Shown: one piece after another, positions 60,460 through 64,000 of the stretch
Position numbering within the stretch: position 1 is the stretch's first letter
How the letters are laid out: each line of letters opens with the position of its first letter
Source of the DNA: the human T2T-CHM13v2.0 reference genome, Homo sapiens
Reading direction: 5' to 3' (one strand)
DNA length: 64,000 nucleotides
Assembly: GCF_009914755.1 (NCBI RefSeq)
Contig: NC_060940.1
The notes under the pieces: model-generated
The model's input: only the letters and a program-made list of their open reading frames with translations
Told to the model about the DNA's origin: nothing
Database searches by the model: none
Program-made: the position numbers and the translations under genes

Positions 60460-62523
60460 TAAATTAAACATTTATGATCTTTGTGATCTGAAAGGCAAAC
60501 TGTCATAACAAGGTCAGCACTAGGTGTTTCAGGACTGAGTGTGCGAGGCCCTCCTCTGGGTCCTGGGACTGCAGAGCTGAGAGGGGCCTTGATGACCCCG
60601 GAGCAGTTGTCTCACAGATCAGAAGCCCAGACAGCCAAGGCTTCGAAAGCAGAAGCAACTTGTGCAAGGACTAAAAGTTAGGACTAAATCCCTCTTCCCC
60701 TACCCTCCTCATCAGGGGCAGTTTGGGGTGCTGAGTAAAGGAGACGCTTTGGGTCCCGACAGCCTTGCAGCATCTCCACCTTCTGCAGCAAACGCGGCCT
60801 CTTCCCATCAGCTGCAAACACAGGCCCAGAGGTCCTGCTGGGAGGAACGCAGGCGCATTGCTCTCAGCTTTGCTTTTCTGGCCTAACCTAAGCAAAATTA
60901 AATGGACAGATTTTGGGGTAGTAATAAGATCAACAGGAAGTCTGAACAGACAGGACCCAGGGCCGTCCTGGCCATCTGGGTAGCAGGAGCTTGTCAACAG
61001 CCTCTCGGGCCTGCCACGGGAGTGAGAGAGTGCGCTGGATCTGCTTCTCATATCCTTACATCATTTCGCTCAAGATTCACTCCCCAAGGGAGTGAAATTC
61101 CTCTAAAGGGAATTGATTAAATTGTTCCCTAAAGGAAGGGCATGGAGACAGAGTCACTAGAAACCTGAGAGTATCGAGGAAAGTCTCTATCACAGTCATA
61201 GTGATAGTGTCATTTCCCCGTGGATCATTGACACATCAGTCCCAAGTATCAAGGTCCGGAGAGAGCAAGTCAGGTTTTCCGATGATGTCGCTCTGCTGTT
61301 CTCCCCGGATGGCTCCATAGAGGGCACCTGAGGCCAGTGCTGGTCTGTGGATGGCGTTTTCCCGTGCACAAGTTTGAGACAGCGCTGGGTGCTGAGGAAG
61401 TAGGAGGCTGGGTTTGTTGAGAGGATTGAAGAGGGTGGCAAGAAACTAATTCAGGGCAAGTTAAAAAGTGACGCGGAGGTGCAGCACTTTGGATCCGAGT
61501 CATTGCAGCTTTCAAGATGAATACTAGCCCTGTTCTCAGAAGGTTCCTGAAGGCCGTCTCAGACCTCCTGTATCAGAGGGGAAGGCTTGGGGTGGAATGG
61601 GGTCGCCTGAAGCTGCACCTGAGTCACAACTAAAGAGCTTTTCCAGGTTTCCATCTTACTTTAAGTTTCTGTTCTGTAAGTTTAGCCTAAACCATCATTC
61701 ACCTTCAGGATCAAAGGAAAACAGGGCTTGGTCAGGGTTCAGCTAGAGGCTCCACTCTGGTCCTCCACAGCAGGCCCGTGGTGTACTGGAAAGAGCCCCA
61801 GTTGGGGCCGAAAGACCTCAGTTTATGTCCCAGCTCTGTTCCCTGCTTATTGAACTGGTCCCCTCTGAACCTCAGTTTCCTCCTCTGTAAACCAGAGATA
61901 ATGATACTTACCTTCTAGGCACATGGCCGCCTCAGCCTCCCAAAGTGTTGGGATTACAGGCGTGAGCCACTGCACCCAGCCCCCAATATTTTTTAATACA
62001 TTCATATTCTGCTTAAATAGTCTAGATTTGGCTTGTATCTGAGACTCATGAACAAGATAGGATGAGTTTGAGAAAAATTTAAGATGCAGAGACCAAGGCT
62101 TGGTGAGGGGTGAGCAAAAGAGAGCTGTTTAGGGTGGCTCCAACACTGCCGTCTCTTGGCTGTTCCATCCATTCTGTCACACAAGCCAAACAGGCGCTAG
62201 GTCCCTTTCCCCGTCTCCTCCAACCAGGGCTCAGTAAACAAGGTCTGAGCCCGAGCCTCCAAGTGACCTGACAGCCAGGTCTGTAAGATCACCCTTGAGG
62301 AGCTCAGCCAGGCTGAGGGGTAGGGGAATGGGGGCATCAGTGTTTATGAACCTTGAGATCAGCGTTAGGACTCTCCCTCAGGAGAATCTGATGGCTCCAA
62401 GTTTAACCCAGTTTCTGTCTTCTCCCCTGTCCTTTTCCTCTAACCCCGCTCCCCTCCTAGTTGTGTGTGTCTGGAGTGTGTGCATTCAGTTATATAACCG
62501 CTTTGGTCTCTTCTTGTCCCCAG

Positions 62524-62592
62524 ATTGCTCTTCTAGACATCGATATATGTGGGCCATCGATTCCCAAGATAATGGGATTGGAAGGAGAGCAG
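62524..62592 (+). CDS. NUBP1: NUBP1 coding exon 4 ([23 protein letters not shown]); the gene continues beyond the window
   Basis: Acceptor TTGTCCCCAG, donor CAG|GTAATA, 69 nt, phase 0; DxDxxGPS Mrp-family motif. Confidence 0.96.
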
Positions 62593-62693
62593 GTAATAGC
62601 CGGTTACAGAACTCAGGAAATTATTCTCTTAAGGCAAACTCTGTAGCACTGAACTGTCAAACCTCAACAAAGAGGCATGCGGAGCCCATAAAT

Positions 62694-63007
62694 GTTTTTT
62701 TGTTGTTGTTTTGTTTTGTTGTTTTTGAGACAAGGTCTCACTCTTGTCGCCCGGGCTGGAGTGCAGTGGTGCAACCTCAGCTCACTGCAACCTCCACCTC
62801 CTGGGTTCAAGCGATTCTTGTGCTCAGCCTCCTGAGTAGCTGGGACTACAGTGGTGTGCCATCATGCCCAACTAATTTTTGTATTTTTGGTAGAGACCAG
62901 GTTTCACTACGTTGGCCAAGCTGGGCTCCACCTCCTGACCTCTAGTGATCACCTGCCTCAGCCTCCCAAAGTGCTAGGATTACAGGCGTGAGCCACCGCA
63001 CCTGGCC
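62694..63007 (-). mobile_element. Alu in NUBP1 intron 4
   Basis: Antisense dimer; TSD TAAATGTTT. Confidence 0.9.
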
Positions 63008-64000
63008 TGTAAATGTTTATGTGGAGATGAGGAGCTCATACATGCTCAGTAGTCCATCTGTCTACTTTTAACAACAACTGTGAGTCTTGGCGGGGGAGGG
63101 GCGGGATTGTATATGAAGTCTGTCTACACCATTGGAGAAGCATTGGTTTCGATGCCTCCTCAGAGGGGAAGGGAAACAGCCAGTGAAATGCAGAAGTAAG
63201 ACACGGAAATTTAGCTCTGACTGGGAACATTAGACCAGGGCTTGCTATGGGTCTGTACCCTGGAAGCAAGGGAATATTTCTGCCCTTGTGGTCTCCCCTG
63301 GGGAACTGAGACTGCAGGGCGGGTGAGCGATGTGGGCTGGGGGCAGGGCTGTAGCAGTCTATGTAGTTGCTGGCCTCTTCTTGCTAGCAAGAAGCTCTCC
63401 AAGAGAGGATTCCCCCAAGGGCAGTGCATGGAAGCTGGGGCTGGGGGTGCTGGGATGTCCCGAGAGTCTCAAGATTGGTTCTTTCTTTAATTAGTGCCAG
63501 GAATGCATTAATCCTGTTTTGGGGATGCAGTGGTGAACAAGGTCCATGAAGACCCCTGTCTGGGTGGGAGAAGGCAGATGCTAGATAATGTGAAACCAAC
63601 CCAGAGTGAGGGGATGGACAGTAGGGCAGAGTCAGAGGGGCTGAGGGGTGGTCAAAGGTGCCCTCACTGAGGGATAGCATTTGAGCAGAGGATGACAGGA
63701 GGGGAGAGCTGGGGGAAGGGCATTCTGGGCTAAGGGAGCAACTGCATGGGCCGCTGACACAAGGTGTCCTTGTGTCCTCAGTGGAGTGACCAGAGGGGCT
63801 GGAGGGTGGCCCGAAGCAGATGGGGCCGGCCTTGCAGGCACTTCTAAGGCCTTGGGGTTTGCTTCCGAGGGAGTAGGGAAGGAGAGCGATGTCACCCTGT
63901 GAGGCTTGGTCACATACCCCAATGGATTTGGTAGCACACGCCACAGTGAAGGTATAAGCTACTGTCATCACACGTAATTATTTCATGAAACAGAAAATTT

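Overview
Primate (very probably human 16p13.13) genomic DNA, Alu-dense, carrying the 5' ends of two divergently transcribed genes: TEKT5 (coding exon 1, minus strand, ATG at 4797) and NUBP1 (coding exons 1-4, plus strand, ATG at 53784). Between them is a ~28.3-kb block (~7070-35410) made of a ~21-kb hairpin-unit satellite in three related sub-families (A-B-C-B-C, SATR1/SATR2-like), a ~7.1-kb decayed mitochondrial insertion (NUMT: D-loop HV1 to ATP8, with an internal ND6/ND5 deletion) and a short closing type-A satellite stub. The block appears to split one old L1ME-like element in two, contains a ~9.3-kb higher-order duplication, and carries a second ~130-bp copy of the NUMT D-loop end inside a satellite unit. 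Repeat family and subfamily names are recalled from consensus sequences, not from a search, and repeat boundaries are approximate.
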